The notes: a model not told the origin generated them from the letters alone. A stretch of DNA of 64,000 nucleotides from an uncultured Alphaproteobacteria bacterium (GCA_944390915.1 CALXRS010000007.1:2214-66213); one strand, 5' to 3'; positions 46,306 to 56,687 are shown, counted from the stretch's first letter. Numbers and translations are program-made.

Positions 46306-48690
46306 TCAATACCAACGGTAACTGAACCCGAGGCCGGCGGCAATGTCGTCATAATCACTGCCGGTCGTATAGTTAACATAGCCGTACATATTCATCTTGG
46401 CATCCAGAGCATAACGGCCGCCCAGCTCTATCCGACCGAGCGTCTGGTCGTCAAGCGTGTCCGCCTCGCCGAGGGTAGAAATTTTCACTTCGTTGCCGAA
46501 GTTAACCGTCTGTATCACGCTCGGTTTGATATAAAATTTGCTGTAACCGTATTCGTGATCAATTGTCTTTTCCAGCTTCAGGCCGAACTCGCCTTCAATC
46601 TGATGCAACATGGAATAATCGGCCGTTTTGCCGTATTTGTCGTCCATATCGTCATAGTCTATGCCGGTATAAAAGACTCCCAAACTCGGTTCCAATGTCC
46701 AATTATATCCGGGGATAAAGGCATAACCCATTTCTACTCCGGCGCCATACTGCGTGCCGTCCGCATCCGCTCTTATGCCGTCGTCCGTCTCTATCTCCGC
46801 ATGCTGGTTGCCGACATAGGCGGAAGCGAAGCTCCAAAAGCGATCATAATCGTAACGATAATACAAACCGAACAGCGTGCTCGATATTTCTATCTGGCTG
46901 TCAAGATCGGCCGTAAAATAGCCTTTTTTGCCGATGTCGTAAGTACCGTACCGGTAAGCGGCAAAAACACCGAATTTGTTGGACGCATCCGACTGCAAAT
47001 CAAGCCCGGCATCAAAACCGGCAATACTGGCCTCCCATTCCTGCGGCGCATTTACCTGCACATAGCGGTAAACCGGATTAACCCACAGATTGGAAACGGC
47101 TTTTCCTTTATAGTCATCCTCATAAAGCAGATTAAAGCGTTTAAGCATAAACTTATTGTTGGCTACCGAACGGCGAACATTGCTCACAATGTCCCGATTC
47201 TGTTCCACGGCAGCACTGTGCAAAGCCATATAAGCGGCAATTTCCGGCGCCATCGGACGATAGTCGGGATTAGCCTCGCCGGTCATCGACAAATACCAAC
47301 CGCTGCTGCCGTACGTCGGCTCAAGGATTTCGCCTTCGCCGCCGGCATTATCTTCCGTACCGTCTGCGCTTGATGTGGATTCGTGATAGGTGGAAGACCA
47401 CATATACGGACTGCCGAACACACGGTAAACAACAAAGTCGCCGGCTGTTTCCTTATCGTCGTTTGCCGCCTCGACGAACAATATCGACTGGTTGGCGTCA
47501 AGCACCTTTTCGGAAGTGGCGTGGACGACCACCCGCGTGGTGCCGATCACATCCGAGTCGACGCGTATCTGACCGGCCGACAAAGTATCGGGATCAACCG
47601 TCACATTCAATATCGGCGAACCGCTGGCCTGAAAATTGCCTACGTTCAGCGCCGCTTCCACATTGCCGAGCGTGATGGTCGAATTATCGAAAATAAAATT
47701 TTCTATTCCCGAAACCGTGCTGTTGAAAATAACTTCGCCTTCGCCGCGAACACTCAGATTGCCGTATGTTTCGCCGACCGACTCGATGGAATCGTCAAAT
47801 ATAATCCGCCCGTCGGCATCGGTAGTCAAATTCAGCGAACTCCCTTCCAAAACAATGGCAACATTATCCACCATACTGCTTGTCGACGTATCTTCGCTGC
47901 CGGTATCTTCACCGCCGGCATCTCCTCCTTCCTCGGCACTTTCGCCGTCCGGCGCATAAACTTTGTTGCCGGAAAAGACAACGTCTTGTCCCTGAGCGGT
48001 AATATTGACGTCGCCTTTAGAATAGATGGCGCCGCCGTAAGCAAAACTCGTGGGCGAGGTTTCTTCCGTACCGACGGCACTTTCGCCGGTTACTTCGACA
48101 TAGTTATCGTAAAAGCTTGTATTCACCAGATTCAGCGCATTGGTAGTCATATTGGCGATTGCCCCGCCGTAAGCGCTGCCGTCCTGCCCCAAAGCCCAGT
48201 TTCCGCGAAATTCGGAATTGGAAATTTCGCCGATGGTACCATGGTTGCCGATGGCACCGCCGGCAGCCGTTTCGCCGTTGGTAATCGCGGCGTTGCCCTC
48301 AAACACGGAATTGCTTATACTGTTGATGGTTCCGTTGTTAACGACGGCCTGCTTCAGGTTAGAGACATTCAGGTTTTCAATGTTCGCCGTTACGTCCGCG
48401 CCGAAAACAAACCCGCCGGCCGACGGGTCTTCCGTTTCCGAATCCGGATTAAGCACCAGCGGCCCCGACAAACTGTGCGAATTGCCGTTGATGGTAAAAG
48501 TTCCGGCCGTCGCTTCCGGCAAATTGCCGGTCAGCGAGACATCGCCGATAAACGTAATATCGGTTCCCGTCTGCAACGCTCCGGAAAGTTCGCTTTCGCT
48601 TGCGACGTTGGCGGCCGTTGCCGACCCCGCCAGACAAGTCAGCGTAAACGCCGAAACGCCGGCATACAGCAAAGAACTGAATTTAGTCAT
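46306..48690 (-). CDS. Autotransporter with polymorphic-membrane-protein (Pmp-type GGAI / FxxN) passenger repeats
   Basis: Signal peptide MTKFSSLLYAGVSAFTLTCLAGSATA. Alternating motifs FEGN..GGAIGN, FRGN..GGAIAN, FYDN..GGAIYS and FSGN. The C-terminal ~280 aa has alternating aromatic beta-strands ending ..GLGFSYRWY, consistent with an autotransporter barrel. Confidence 0.8.
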   Translation of the reverse strand: MTKFSSLLYAGVSAFTLTCLAGSATAANVASESELSGALQTGTDITFIGDVSLTGNLPEATAGTFTINGNSHSLSGPLVLNPDSETEDPSAGGFVFGADVTANIENLNVSNLKQAVVNNGTINSISNSVFEGNAAITNGETAAGGAIGNHGTIGEISNSEFRGNWALGQDGSAYGGAIANMTTNALNLVNTSFYDNYVEVTGESAVGTEETSPTSFAYGGAIYSKGDVNITAQGQDVVFSGNKVYAPDGESAEEGGDAGGEDTGSEDTSTSSMVDNVAIVLEGSSLNLTTDADGRIIFDDSIESVGETYGNLSVRGEGEVIFNSTVSGIENFIFDNSTITLGNVEAALNVGNFQASGSPILNVTVDPDTLSAGQIRVDSDVIGTTRVVVHATSEKVLDANQSILFVEAANDDKETAGDFVVYRVFGSPYMWSSTYHESTSSADGTEDNAGGEGEILEPTYGSSGWYLSMTGEANPDYRPMAPEIAAYMALHSAAVEQNRDIVSNVRRSVANNKFMLKRFNLLYEDDYKGKAVSNLWVNPVYRYVQVNAPQEWEASIAGFDAGLDLQSDASNKFGVFAAYRYGTYDIGKKGYFTADLDSQIEISSTLFGLYYRYDYDRFWSFASAYVGNQHAEIETDDGIRADADGTQYGAGVEMGYAFIPGYNWTLEPSLGVFYTGIDYDDMDDKYGKTADYSMLHQIEGEFGLKLEKTIDHEYGYSKFYIKPSVIQTVNFGNEVKISTLGEADTLDDQTLGRIELGGRYALDAKMNMYGYVNYTTGSDYDDIAAGLGFSYRWY

Positions 48691-48791
48691 CTGTAATTTC
48701 CCCCAATCAATTAATTCTTAAATAATGGTAAATTCTAACATCTTTTTTTTAAAATGCTACAGAAAAATTATCGTCCGTAAGACCTTTGATC

Positions 48792-48830
48792 AAAATAAAA
48801 GAGCGGGAACAAATCCGTTTCCGCTCTTTT
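48792..48830 (-). terminator. Intrinsic terminator after ychF
   Basis: 10-bp stem gagcgggaac (48801-48810) pairs with gtttccgctc (48817-48826), with T/A runs on both sides. Confidence 0.65.
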
Positions 48831-48859
48831 GCCGTAATAAAAAATAAACAGACAAAGGG

Positions 48860-49969
48860 TTACACGTTAAACAAAAAGTTCAGCAAATCGCCGTCCTGCA
48901 CGACATAATCCTTGCCTTCGGAGCGCATTTTGCCCGCTTCTTTGCACCCCTGTTCACCGCCGTATTTCACAAAATCATCATAAGCAATCGTTTCCGCCCG
49001 AATGAACCCGCGTTCAAAGTCGGAATGGATAATTCCCGCGCACTGCGGCGCTTTGGAGCCCTTAACAAACGTCCAGGCGCGTACTTCTTTCGGCCCAGCG
49101 GTAAAATAGGTTTCGAGCCCGAGCAGTTTATATCCCGCGCGGATAATTTTTGCCAGTCCGGTTTCCGCAAGTCCGAGAGAAGCCAGAAACTCCTTCTTTT
49201 CGTCCGCCGATTCGAGCTGAGCGACCTCCGATTCTATTTCCGCCGAGATAATCACCGCCGGCGCGTTTTCGGTTTTGGCTTTTTCCTCCACGCGGCGGGA
49301 AAATTCGTTGCCGGAAGCGGCCGATTCTTCGTCCACGTTGCACACGTAGAGCACCGGTTTGGCCGTCAGCAGCTGCAACATACGATATTCCCGGCAAGCC
49401 TCTCTGTCGCTTTCCGCCGGCGCCGCCGAACGTGCCGGCCGGCCGGCTTTGAGCGCGGACATTACCGGTTCCATGACCGCCAGTCTGGTTTTAGCTTCCT
49501 TATCGCCGCCGCGCGCTTTTTTAACCGTCTGATCAAGGCGTTTTTCCAGCGATTCGAGATCGGCCAGCATCAATTCCGTTTCCACGATTTCGGCATCGCG
49601 GACGGGGTCGACCGAGCCTTCGACATGGGTAATGTTGTCATTTTCAAAACAGCGCAGCACATGGATAACGGCGTCCACTTCGCGGATATTGGCCAAAAAC
49701 TGGTTGCCCAGCCCCTCGCCTTTGGACGCGCCTTTAACCAGCCCGGCAATATCGACAAACTCCAACTGCGACGGCACCACGTTTTTCGGGTGCACCATCT
49801 CCACCAGTTTGTCGAGTCTTTCATCGGGCACTGCCACCCGGCCGGTATTCGGCTCTATCGTGCAAAACGGAAAATTGGCCGCCTGCGCCGCAATCGTCTG
49901 CGTCAGCGCGTTGAACAAGGTCGATTTGCCGACATTCGGCAACCCGACGATTCCGCAATTAAATCCCAT
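48860..49969 (-). CDS. ychF: Ribosome-binding ATPase YchF
   Basis: MGFNCGIVGLPNVGKSTLFNALT.. and ..FVDIAGLVKGASKGEGLGNQFL.., plus a C-terminal TGS-like ..IHSDFERGFIRAE.. Confidence 0.96.
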   Translation of the reverse strand: MGFNCGIVGLPNVGKSTLFNALTQTIAAQAANFPFCTIEPNTGRVAVPDERLDKLVEMVHPKNVVPSQLEFVDIAGLVKGASKGEGLGNQFLANIREVDAVIHVLRCFENDNITHVEGSVDPVRDAEIVETELMLADLESLEKRLDQTVKKARGGDKEAKTRLAVMEPVMSALKAGRPARSAAPAESDREACREYRMLQLLTAKPVLYVCNVDEESAASGNEFSRRVEEKAKTENAPAVIISAEIESEVAQLESADEKKEFLASLGLAETGLAKIIRAGYKLLGLETYFTAGPKEVRAWTFVKGSKAPQCAGIIHSDFERGFIRAETIAYDDFVKYGGEQGCKEAGKMRSEGKDYVVQDGDLLNFLFNV

Positions 49970-50039
49970 CTTTTGAAAACTCCCTGATAATTTAACTTAC
50001 CCGCAAATTTTTTAGCCCATAAATCCGCCGGCGGCAACC

Positions 50040-50615
50040 TCATTTTTTGGCTGCCGTTTTCATGCCGAGCAAATTGGCGCAGGCCGGCATACCCTCGGTC
50101 AGCAGCAGCGGCAACGCCTCTTCCGCTACCAGAGCTATAGCCTCATCCACCTGTTCCTGCTCGCTTTTGGAAAAATGCCCTAGCACATAATTTACCGTAT
50201 CCCCCGCCGCCGGATGACCGACGCCGATGCGGATGCGATGATATCCGGGCGTTACGGCCGCGTCAATCGACTTCAACCCGTTGTGTCCGCCCGCGCCGCC
50301 GCCGGTTTTGGCTTTCAGGCGACCGGCCGGCAAATCCATGTCATCATGAATAACGACGATGTTTTCCGGCAGAATCTTATAAAAAGCCGCGGCCTTAACC
50401 ACCGAATTGCCGGAAAGGTTCATATAAGTCTGCGGTTTTAAGAGATATACCTTTTCGCCGCCGATTTTGCCTTCGGCAATCAGCCCGTCGAACTTGCTCC
50501 TGAAAGGCGCAAAAGCATATTTTGCGGCAACCGCGTCCACCGCGGCAAAACCTGTGTTGTGGCGGGTTCCGACATATTCCGCCCCGGGGTTGCCCAAACC
50601 GACGACCAAAAACAT
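50040..50615 (-). CDS. pth: Peptidyl-tRNA hydrolase
   Basis: I prefer the ATG at 50615 (GGGAGAAAAA RBS). MFLVVGLGNPGAEYVGTRHNTGF.. and ..GGHNGLKS.. Confidence 0.95.
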   Translation of the reverse strand: MFLVVGLGNPGAEYVGTRHNTGFAAVDAVAAKYAFAPFRSKFDGLIAEGKIGGEKVYLLKPQTYMNLSGNSVVKAAAFYKILPENIVVIHDDMDLPAGRLKAKTGGGAGGHNGLKSIDAAVTPGYHRIRIGVGHPAAGDTVNYVLGHFSKSEQEQVDEAIALVAEEALPLLLTEGMPACANLLGMKTAAKK

Positions 50616-50693
50616 TTTTTCTCCCGTAAACATAAAAAACGCTCCGGCGCGGCCTCATTCCAAAACCGTCGCCGGAGCAAACATCCCGTAATC

Positions 50694-50984
50694 TTATTTT
50701 CTCAAGAAATCAACATGAATCGGGCGGTCGCTGACCGGATGGAACTGCACGTCCTGACAGACAACCTTATATTTTTTGCCGTCAACGACAATTTCGATAT
50801 CGGCGTCGTAAAAACCGACCATATCCAGAGCCTTCTCCAGTTCAACCGGGTGCAGACTAATCATCACCGGCTCCTGTTTGCCGCCATAGATAACGGCGGG
50901 AACGCGGCCTTCGCGACGACATGCCCGAGCTGCCCCCTTACCTGCTTTCTCGCGCTTTTCAGCGTTAAATGTAATATCAGCCAT
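50694..50984 (-). CDS. rplY: 50S ribosomal protein L25, short (single-domain, 96 aa) form
   Basis: ..AEKREKAGKGAARACRREGRVPAVIYGGKQEP....VQFHPVSDRPIHVDFLR. Lies upstream of pth as usual. Confidence 0.85.
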   Translation of the reverse strand: MADITFNAEKREKAGKGAARACRREGRVPAVIYGGKQEPVMISLHPVELEKALDMVGFYDADIEIVVDGKKYKVVCQDVQFHPVSDRPIHVDFLRK

Positions 50985-51170
50985 TTCAAAAATCCTTAAA
51001 TATTAATATTGATAACAAGTCGCCCGGCCTCCAGGGGTGCCGCAGACGACTGGTTTCAGCTAATACAACTTTATTTTTGTTTTTTCAAGCCTTTTTTTTC
51101 ACCCCTTTCTTTTCGCAAAACAAAAAATCCCCGAAAAAGCTTTCGGGGAAAAAACAATATCGGACAGCGC

Positions 51171-51380
51171 CTATATCAGGAAAAGGCACAGCCAGAACAA
51201 AAGAAACACGGCGAGTGTCCACACATAAACCTGACGGATTTTCAGAAATCGCAGATACTCCCTGTTGTCCATCAGACCGTTGTTTATACGCATGTTGCCT
51301 CTCGCTTCGAAAGCAATTGCACAAACAACAAACACGATAAAGAACGGCAATGTTTTAAGAAAAATGTCAACTTCGTTCAT
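51171..51380 (-). CDS. Small two-TM membrane protein (69 aa)
   Basis: Hydrophobic segments LPFFIVFVVCAIAF and VYVWTLAVFLLFWLCLFLI. A strand-specific terminator (tccccgaaa-aagc-tttcgggga + T6 on the minus strand, 51121-51149) follows the stop. Confidence 0.5.
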   Translation of the reverse strand: MNEVDIFLKTLPFFIVFVVCAIAFEARGNMRINNGLMDNREYLRFLKIRQVYVWTLAVFLLFWLCLFLI

Positions 51381-51577
51381 ATACGAAAATTTTAAGGGTT
51401 ACACAAAAATTTGTTCATAATCGGATGTCGGTGCCATTATAACACATTTTTTTCTTCCCGCAAATTTTTTTAATCATCGCCCGCGGCGCGAAAACTTTTT
51501 TTATTTTGCAAAACCAAAAGCCTTCGTCGAACGGCGAAGGCTTTTTTTTCGGATTTTAAGCGAAAAATTTCCGCAAA

Positions 51578-52483
51578 CTAAACCATCATGGTATCAAGCA
51601 GCTCTTTGCAATAAGCGCGAAGCTCCGGATTTTCCATCAGCGACAGTTTAAGGTTGGCTTTAGCCAGATCGGCGTTGGTGCCGCAGTCAAAACGCATGGC
51701 ATCGCACAACACGCCGGTCAGTTTCATACCGCGTTCGGCCGCCAAACCCGCGGCATCGGCCAAATTGATTTCGCCATTGGTGCCCTTCTTAACTTCCGGC
51801 AAAATGTCCATAATTTCGTTGGGCAAAATATACGGTCCCATGCTGGCGTAGTTGGAAGGAACTTTGTCCAAAGGCGGTTTTTCGATTTTGCCTTTGGCGC
51901 GGACAATCCGTCCGTCGCGAACGGCGCCTATCAGTGCGCCGTAGCGCACCATCTGCTCGCGCGGAAACTCCATAATATTTTCCACCATGCCGCCTTCTTC
52001 TTCATAAACGTCGAGCAGCTGGCGGAGGATTCCCTTGCCGCCGTGGAGGCTGATATACACGTCATCCGGCCACATCACCACAAAATCGCGCTTGCCGACA
52101 ATGTCTTTGGCCATCAGCACGGCATGACCGTTGCCTTTGGGCTCGCTTTGCTCGGCAAAATGAAAGTTCATCCCTTCGGGAATTATTTTTTTCACCGCCG
52201 CCAGCAGGTCAAGTTTTCCTTTTTCCTGCAGATGATTTTCCAACCACGGATTCGGCGAAAAATACTTTTCAAAAAGGTGCTTGCAGGACTGGTCGCTATA
52301 GATAAAGACCACGTCCTTAATGCCGATTTCCGCGCAGGCGTCGACCGCATATTGAATAATCGGCAGATTGTTCAGCGTTAAAAATCCCTTGTGCAAAACT
52401 TTGGTGGCCGGCAGGTTGCGTGTGGACAACCCGGCCACCGGCAAAATACAAACCTCTGGTTTTCTATGCATTAATCTCTCCAA
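51578..52483 (-). CDS. galU: Nucleotidyltransferase, UTP--glucose-1-phosphate uridylyltransferase (GalU)-like
   Basis: ..ILPVAGLSTRNLPATKVLHKGFLTLNNLPIIQYAV.. is a divergent version of the AGxGTRxLPxTK motif; size and layout fit GalU. Confidence 0.7.
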   Translation of the reverse strand: MERLMHRKPEVCILPVAGLSTRNLPATKVLHKGFLTLNNLPIIQYAVDACAEIGIKDVVFIYSDQSCKHLFEKYFSPNPWLENHLQEKGKLDLLAAVKKIIPEGMNFHFAEQSEPKGNGHAVLMAKDIVGKRDFVVMWPDDVYISLHGGKGILRQLLDVYEEEGGMVENIMEFPREQMVRYGALIGAVRDGRIVRAKGKIEKPPLDKVPSNYASMGPYILPNEIMDILPEVKKGTNGEINLADAAGLAAERGMKLTGVLCDAMRFDCGTNADLAKANLKLSLMENPELRAYCKELLDTMMV

Positions 52484-52547
52484 ATAACAATTGTAATGTT
52501 AATGAGATTAATATAACACAAAAAACCTTTTCCACAAGCTCTATCTG

Positions 52548-55500
52548 TTACTGTTTCACAATTATTCCGCCGTCGCGGGAATTGTCGGATCGCCTGCGGG
52601 CATTGCCGCTTCCGGCATCGCCCGACTCCGAAAAGTCGAGCACTCGGATTTTTTGATCTTTAACGGCGGCTTCCGACCGCTCTATGTCGTCCAGATCGCG
52701 CCCGACCGTCACCGTTTTGCCGCCGGCCGTCAACTGCCCTTTGTTTTCTTCCATTTTACGGCGGATTTCTTGTTCCTGTTGCCATTTTTTATAGGCTTCT
52801 TCTTCGGCCACAACTCTTTGCTCCGTATAAGCCAGCATTTCGTCCACCGCTTTTTCCATGGTCGACAATATTTTTCTGGTTTCCTGTCCGGCTCGTTCAA
52901 ACTTCTGAGCATAAATTTCCAGCCGATCGGCGTCTTTCAGGCTTTGTGCGGTAACGTTGTCTTTGGAGATATCGCCGTTTATCTCGTCGATTTTCGCCAG
53001 ACCTTCCTCCGCCTTCTTCTGCCAGGAAATAACTTTCTTGTCCTGCCGCGGATAAAAATCGGTATTGATTGCCGCAAGTCTTCTTTCCAACGCGCCGAGC
53101 TGATCTATGTAGCCAATGGGTATTTTTTTGGCGCGGGCGTAGTTGTCGGTTACGCTTTTGTAACTGCCGTCGATTCTCAACCGCACATCTTTCAGATGCA
53201 AATAGTGCAGTTCCTCGTTGATAAGCGCGGTATTTTCTTCCGCCTCCTTATTTTGTTCGGCCAACCGCGCAATGACGGCATCGTCGGCATTCACCATATT
53301 TTCCTTAACGAAGATCTCTCGCAAAACGGCGCGAACCTTATCCATTTTTTCGCCCAACTGCCGATAGCTTTCGCGCAGACCTTCGTCCCGCGCCAGCTTT
53401 CGGAACACTTCGTAATCAGGCGCAATTTTTTCCTCCAGCACGGTTTCCGTGGCTCGCGCCTTATCCTGTTGCTGGCGCATCAGCCTGCGGTATTTTTCAA
53501 CCCGCTGTTGTTCGGCGGCCTGCGCATCGGCTTCGACCTTGGCCCAATGAGCGTCGTATATGCTCGTTACGTCGGAAACATCAACGTTGAGTATCGGCGT
53601 ATTGAGCGATCCTTCGTACGAAAAATCAAACCCCGGAACCCGTCCTTCGTTGAAAACAACCTGCAACAGGGCGTTGGTGGTCCAGTTTTTGAAATCTCCC
53701 TGCGCCTCTGCGTTAATCGTCATATCGCTGTTGACCAACGCCGTTTCGGCAAAAACATAAGAGCCTTTGTTTAAGCGTATTTCCCCGCTGAGCGAATCAA
53801 AAATCGTTTCTCCCTGTCCCAAGGCGTCCCGCACCAGCACGACAAAACCGTCGGCCACTTCTCGGGTTTCCAGATCTTTTTCGATGCGGCCGAAATCCCA
53901 TCCTTTAACAATCGGATTGTCAATATTGAATTTAATCGTTCCCGAGATGTCGTTCAACAGACTTTCGATCGACACGGCCGAAGTGTCAAAGACAACGTCT
54001 GCCGCAAGCGTACCGCGGATAAGCCCGTAGACATTGCCGCTCCAGTCGTCTTTGGAAACGTTGATTCCTTTAAGATTAAGCTTGCCGTTCAACCGGGCTC
54101 CCTGAGTGGCAAGCGTTGCCTCGCCCGTTATGCTTCCTTTGCCCGTCGACCCTGAAAATTCGGAAATTTTTAATATGCCGTTGTTCAGCTGCACCTTACC
54201 GGAAGCCTGCTCCAAAGCCCGATTGTTAAGCGAAAGGGTGTCCGCCGCAAAGGTAATGTTGGCATCCCAATTTTTCAGCCAGTCATAATTTATCTGCAGC
54301 TGGCTTAAACGCGGACGGATAAGGAAGGTCGCGTTTTCCGCCGAATTGCGGAAATTATTATTGTTTTTGCCATCGCCGCCGCTGATGTTGTAAAAGAATT
54401 TTTCCAGTTCAAAACGGTTGACTTTCAAATTGCTTTTTACCTGCCGGCGGTCATTTTTCAGTTGATATATCAGATTTCCCTGAAAATTATTAACCCCGAT
54501 GTTGGCATTAAGATTATTCAGCATCGTCAGTTTGCCGTTGGTGCGCAAATCGGCCGACAAACGGAACAGCCCGAGCGGATAATCCGGCGAATAATCGACG
54601 GCAAAATTGTTCAGCATCCGCACAAAATCCGGCGTTTTTATCTCCGTTTTGCCGCTCAGGGAATAGGTATCATTGTCATATGCCGCTTCACCGTGAAAGG
54701 CGGCGTCTATATTGCCCAACCGCAAAACGCTCTTGGTTGCGAAACGATCAAGTCCGCCGGTCACAACACCGGAAGCGGAAAAGCGATTCAGCTCGCGGAA
54801 ATTAACGTCGGCAATGTTTATGCCGAATTTTTCGACAAAGGACGGAACATCCCTTATTTCCGCCTGATACTGCATATTTTTTGCCTGCGGCGTTTGCCCG
54901 AAACCGCTCAATTCTCCTTTCAGCGAAAAATCTCCGGTAGCTACGCTGCCGACGGAAAAATCCTGAATTTTCATAACGCCGTTTTTAACGACGGCTTCCA
55001 TTTCCAGATTTTCGAAAGGAATCTTTTCATAAATTCCCATATTAAGAGAGATACGATACTGCAAATCCAAATTTTTCATAAACGCCAGCCGGCCGAAACG
55101 GTACAACAGTCTGCCGCGCCAGTCGCGACCGGCGGCATCGGCCGGAAGCGGCGCCACATAATTGTCAAAATTAACGCTGTCGCCGTTGGCAATCAGGAAC
55201 CAGCGAACATTGTCGCCGCGGACAATTCCCAATTTTCCGTTAATCACGCTCTTGTCCATAATCAGATCAAACGGAGCGATTTTTATTGTTTCCGTATTAC
55301 CTTCGATCGTGGCCGAAAAGCTGGCTTTTTTATACACTCCCTGAGCCGTCGGCCGAACGTCGAGCTTCAGCCACTGGGAAAATTTTGCAAAGTCGCTCAT
55401 GCTTGACGTCAAATTGAAATTATAGGTCATTTTTTTCTCAACCGCGAACACTTCGCCGGTCAGTTTGGCGGCGGCCTCGCCCGGCATGGTCGCGCTCAGG

Positions 55501-56687
55501 TTCTGAATTTTCAGCACATTGTCCATAAAATCGACGCTTAAGTCAAAATCGCGGATAACCTGTCCGTTATAAGTTGCCTTCAAAGCCTTAAGGTCGGCAA
55601 TGACGTCAAAATCATATTCGGGATAATAGTTTTCCTTGCGGTCGTGGCGGGCAACAAAATCTTTAACCAGCCTGATGACTGGATCAAGCTCCAAATCCGT
55701 CATGTTAAACACCGCGTCAACCCGCCGGCGCTCCGCATTTTCTTCGCCGATTTTTTCCTCCTGCCGCGGGATAAGAATGTTGCCGGCGCCGGCCGAACCG
55801 CCGTATTTAACCACAATGTTGCCGAAGCTCACCTGACTTTTATCGGTTTTCAATTCCATCGACAAAGCCAAAGGATGCTCATAGTCTTCGGAAATTTTTA
55901 TATTTTGGAAATTGGTGTTAAAAAAGTTGACGGGATTTTGCGATTCGAAAATCAGATTGCCGTTGACGGCGTCGTTATTCAACAACACCGTTCCGTCAAA
56001 ACGGATATAGCTTTCCGACTGCGGATGACTGATAACGGCGTTGACCGAGGTGGCAAAGCTGTCGGAAAACTGCCCTAGCGAGATGGCAAAACCGCCGGGA
56101 TTTCCGTTTTTGACATAACTTCCCTCAATGCGGTAGGGGCCGAACAGGCTTTCGGCAATAATTTCCGCGTTCATGTCGTCTAATACGGAATTGATGTTAT
56201 GAACCGAGCTGATAAAGTGCATTTTTGCCTTTTCCACGGTCACGCTGGCCAAGGATATACGGACATTGTCGATTTGAAAATCCTGTTGATTTCCGCCGGC
56301 CGAATGCCAGTTTAGCCCGCCTTCGGGAAGTGCCTCCACGAAAATTTCGGGCTCCATAATGTTCATTCGTTCAACGTCAAAATGGCCGCCGATAAGCGAA
56401 CGGACGGACAAGGTGGAAACAAGCCGCGGAATTTTGGCCAGCAAAACCTTCTCGCCTTTTTCTTTCCGGTTATAAACGCTGATATCCGCAGCTTCCAGAT
56501 AAGGCGACGGAAACAGGCTGAAGCGCACGGGGCCTTCAAAGACCACTTCTTTGCCCGTTGCCTGCGAAAACTGCCGGGATATTTCATCCTTATGCCGGTT
56601 CCAGTCGATATTGTTGAGATAAACCGTTACCCCGCCGACGGCCGCAAGAACCAACAAGATAACCAGCAGTAAAATTTTTTTCCACAT
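52548..56687 (-). CDS. AsmA-family outer-membrane biogenesis protein (1379 aa) with a long charged helical C-terminal extension
   Basis: N-terminus is MWKKILLLVILLVLAAVGGVTVYLNNIDWNRHKDEISRQFSQATGKEVVFEGPVRFSLFPSPYLEAADISV, the canonical AsmA start. The body is beta-rich. The last ~330 aa are E/K/R/Q-rich. Confidence 0.8.
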   Translation of the reverse strand: MWKKILLLVILLVLAAVGGVTVYLNNIDWNRHKDEISRQFSQATGKEVVFEGPVRFSLFPSPYLEAADISVYNRKEKGEKVLLAKIPRLVSTLSVRSLIGGHFDVERMNIMEPEIFVEALPEGGLNWHSAGGNQQDFQIDNVRISLASVTVEKAKMHFISSVHNINSVLDDMNAEIIAESLFGPYRIEGSYVKNGNPGGFAISLGQFSDSFATSVNAVISHPQSESYIRFDGTVLLNNDAVNGNLIFESQNPVNFFNTNFQNIKISEDYEHPLALSMELKTDKSQVSFGNIVVKYGGSAGAGNILIPRQEEKIGEENAERRRVDAVFNMTDLELDPVIRLVKDFVARHDRKENYYPEYDFDVIADLKALKATYNGQVIRDFDLSVDFMDNVLKIQNLSATMPGEAAAKLTGEVFAVEKKMTYNFNLTSSMSDFAKFSQWLKLDVRPTAQGVYKKASFSATIEGNTETIKIAPFDLIMDKSVINGKLGIVRGDNVRWFLIANGDSVNFDNYVAPLPADAAGRDWRGRLLYRFGRLAFMKNLDLQYRISLNMGIYEKIPFENLEMEAVVKNGVMKIQDFSVGSVATGDFSLKGELSGFGQTPQAKNMQYQAEIRDVPSFVEKFGINIADVNFRELNRFSASGVVTGGLDRFATKSVLRLGNIDAAFHGEAAYDNDTYSLSGKTEIKTPDFVRMLNNFAVDYSPDYPLGLFRLSADLRTNGKLTMLNNLNANIGVNNFQGNLIYQLKNDRRQVKSNLKVNRFELEKFFYNISGGDGKNNNNFRNSAENATFLIRPRLSQLQINYDWLKNWDANITFAADTLSLNNRALEQASGKVQLNNGILKISEFSGSTGKGSITGEATLATQGARLNGKLNLKGINVSKDDWSGNVYGLIRGTLAADVVFDTSAVSIESLLNDISGTIKFNIDNPIVKGWDFGRIEKDLETREVADGFVVLVRDALGQGETIFDSLSGEIRLNKGSYVFAETALVNSDMTINAEAQGDFKNWTTNALLQVVFNEGRVPGFDFSYEGSLNTPILNVDVSDVTSIYDAHWAKVEADAQAAEQQRVEKYRRLMRQQQDKARATETVLEEKIAPDYEVFRKLARDEGLRESYRQLGEKMDKVRAVLREIFVKENMVNADDAVIARLAEQNKEAEENTALINEELHYLHLKDVRLRIDGSYKSVTDNYARAKKIPIGYIDQLGALERRLAAINTDFYPRQDKKVISWQKKAEEGLAKIDEINGDISKDNVTAQSLKDADRLEIYAQKFERAGQETRKILSTMEKAVDEMLAYTEQRVVAEEEAYKKWQQEQEIRRKMEENKGQLTAGGKTVTVGRDLDDIERSEAAVKDQKIRVLDFSESGDAGSGNARRRSDNSRDGGIIVKQ

